Shown here: positions 16,016-16,101 of the stretch, piece after piece
How positions within the stretch are numbered: position 1 is the first letter of the stretch
How the letters are laid out: the number at the start of each line of letters is the position of its first letter
Assembly (NCBI GenBank): GCA_043810925.1
Contig: JBDRNT010000169.1
Location: 1-16,101, forward strand
Length of the DNA stretch: 16,101 nucleotides
Direction of reading: 5' to 3'
Source: Candidatus Eiseniibacteriota bacterium
Lineage (GTDB): Bacteria > Arandabacterota > Arandabacteria > Arandabacterales > Arandabacteraceae
Translations under genes and position numbers: made by a program
Notes under the pieces: generated by a model
Database searches by the model: none
The model's input: the letters and a program-made list of their open reading frames with translations, nothing else
What the model was told of the DNA's origin: nothing

Positions 16016-16101
16016 ATGAAAGTCAAGGACAAGGATACCTACGGAATCAAGAGACTTCAATCAAAGAATGCACGCAACGCCGTGGTCCAGAGGATCTCTG
16101 A
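16016..16101 (+). CDS. N-terminus of truncated ORF (MKVKDKDTYGIKRLQSKNARNAVVQRIS...), possibly DUF1670-like mobile-element protein
   Basis: Open frame to the window end with a GGAGG SD 5 nt upstream. Family guess rests on my recollection of 'RLxxKN...IxxDFNL'-type N-termini, from only 28 codons. Confidence 0.5.
   Translation, partial: MKVKDKDTYGIKRLQSKNARNAVVQRIS

Noticed and set aside
1-16101. CRISPR array, tRNA/rRNA, selenocysteine read-through, or a PLD-based defence system
   Set aside because: No regularly spaced repeats or RNA-gene motifs seen. The ORFs are full length without internal TGA. The PLD has a membrane anchor and no helicase or other defence partner nearby.

Overview
Bacterial window, probably from an uncultured anaerobe-type lineage (inference only). 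It has a mobile-element fragment at the left edge and a possible second one at the right edge. In order: (1) 3' end of an IS630-family transposase; (2) ParA/Soj ATPase fused to a C-terminal glycogen-binding (CBM48/AMPK-beta-like) domain; (3) a 121-bp hairpin/MITE-like element with terminal inverted repeats; (4) on the minus strand, an ATP-cone/uridine-kinase-family fusion, a Zn-ribbon SAM methyltransferase and a membrane-anchored protein with two HKD (PLD) domains; (5) divergently, a znuACB-type metal ABC operon with a coupled YVTN/YncE beta-propeller lipoprotein and a GTAG-REP doublet in its predicted 5' UTR; (6) a minus-strand xanthine-dehydrogenase-family operon (FAD, 2Fe-2S and XdhD-like Mo subunits) plus an 8-oxoguanine-deaminase-like amidohydrolase; (7) a divergent SPL-like radical SAM gene and yjbQ; (8) a structured leader that sequesters the RBS of a truncated ORF, possibly the start of a DUF1670-like element. 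Six good sigma70-like promoters with 17-bp spacers can be read directly. All family calls come from motif recognition, not database searches.
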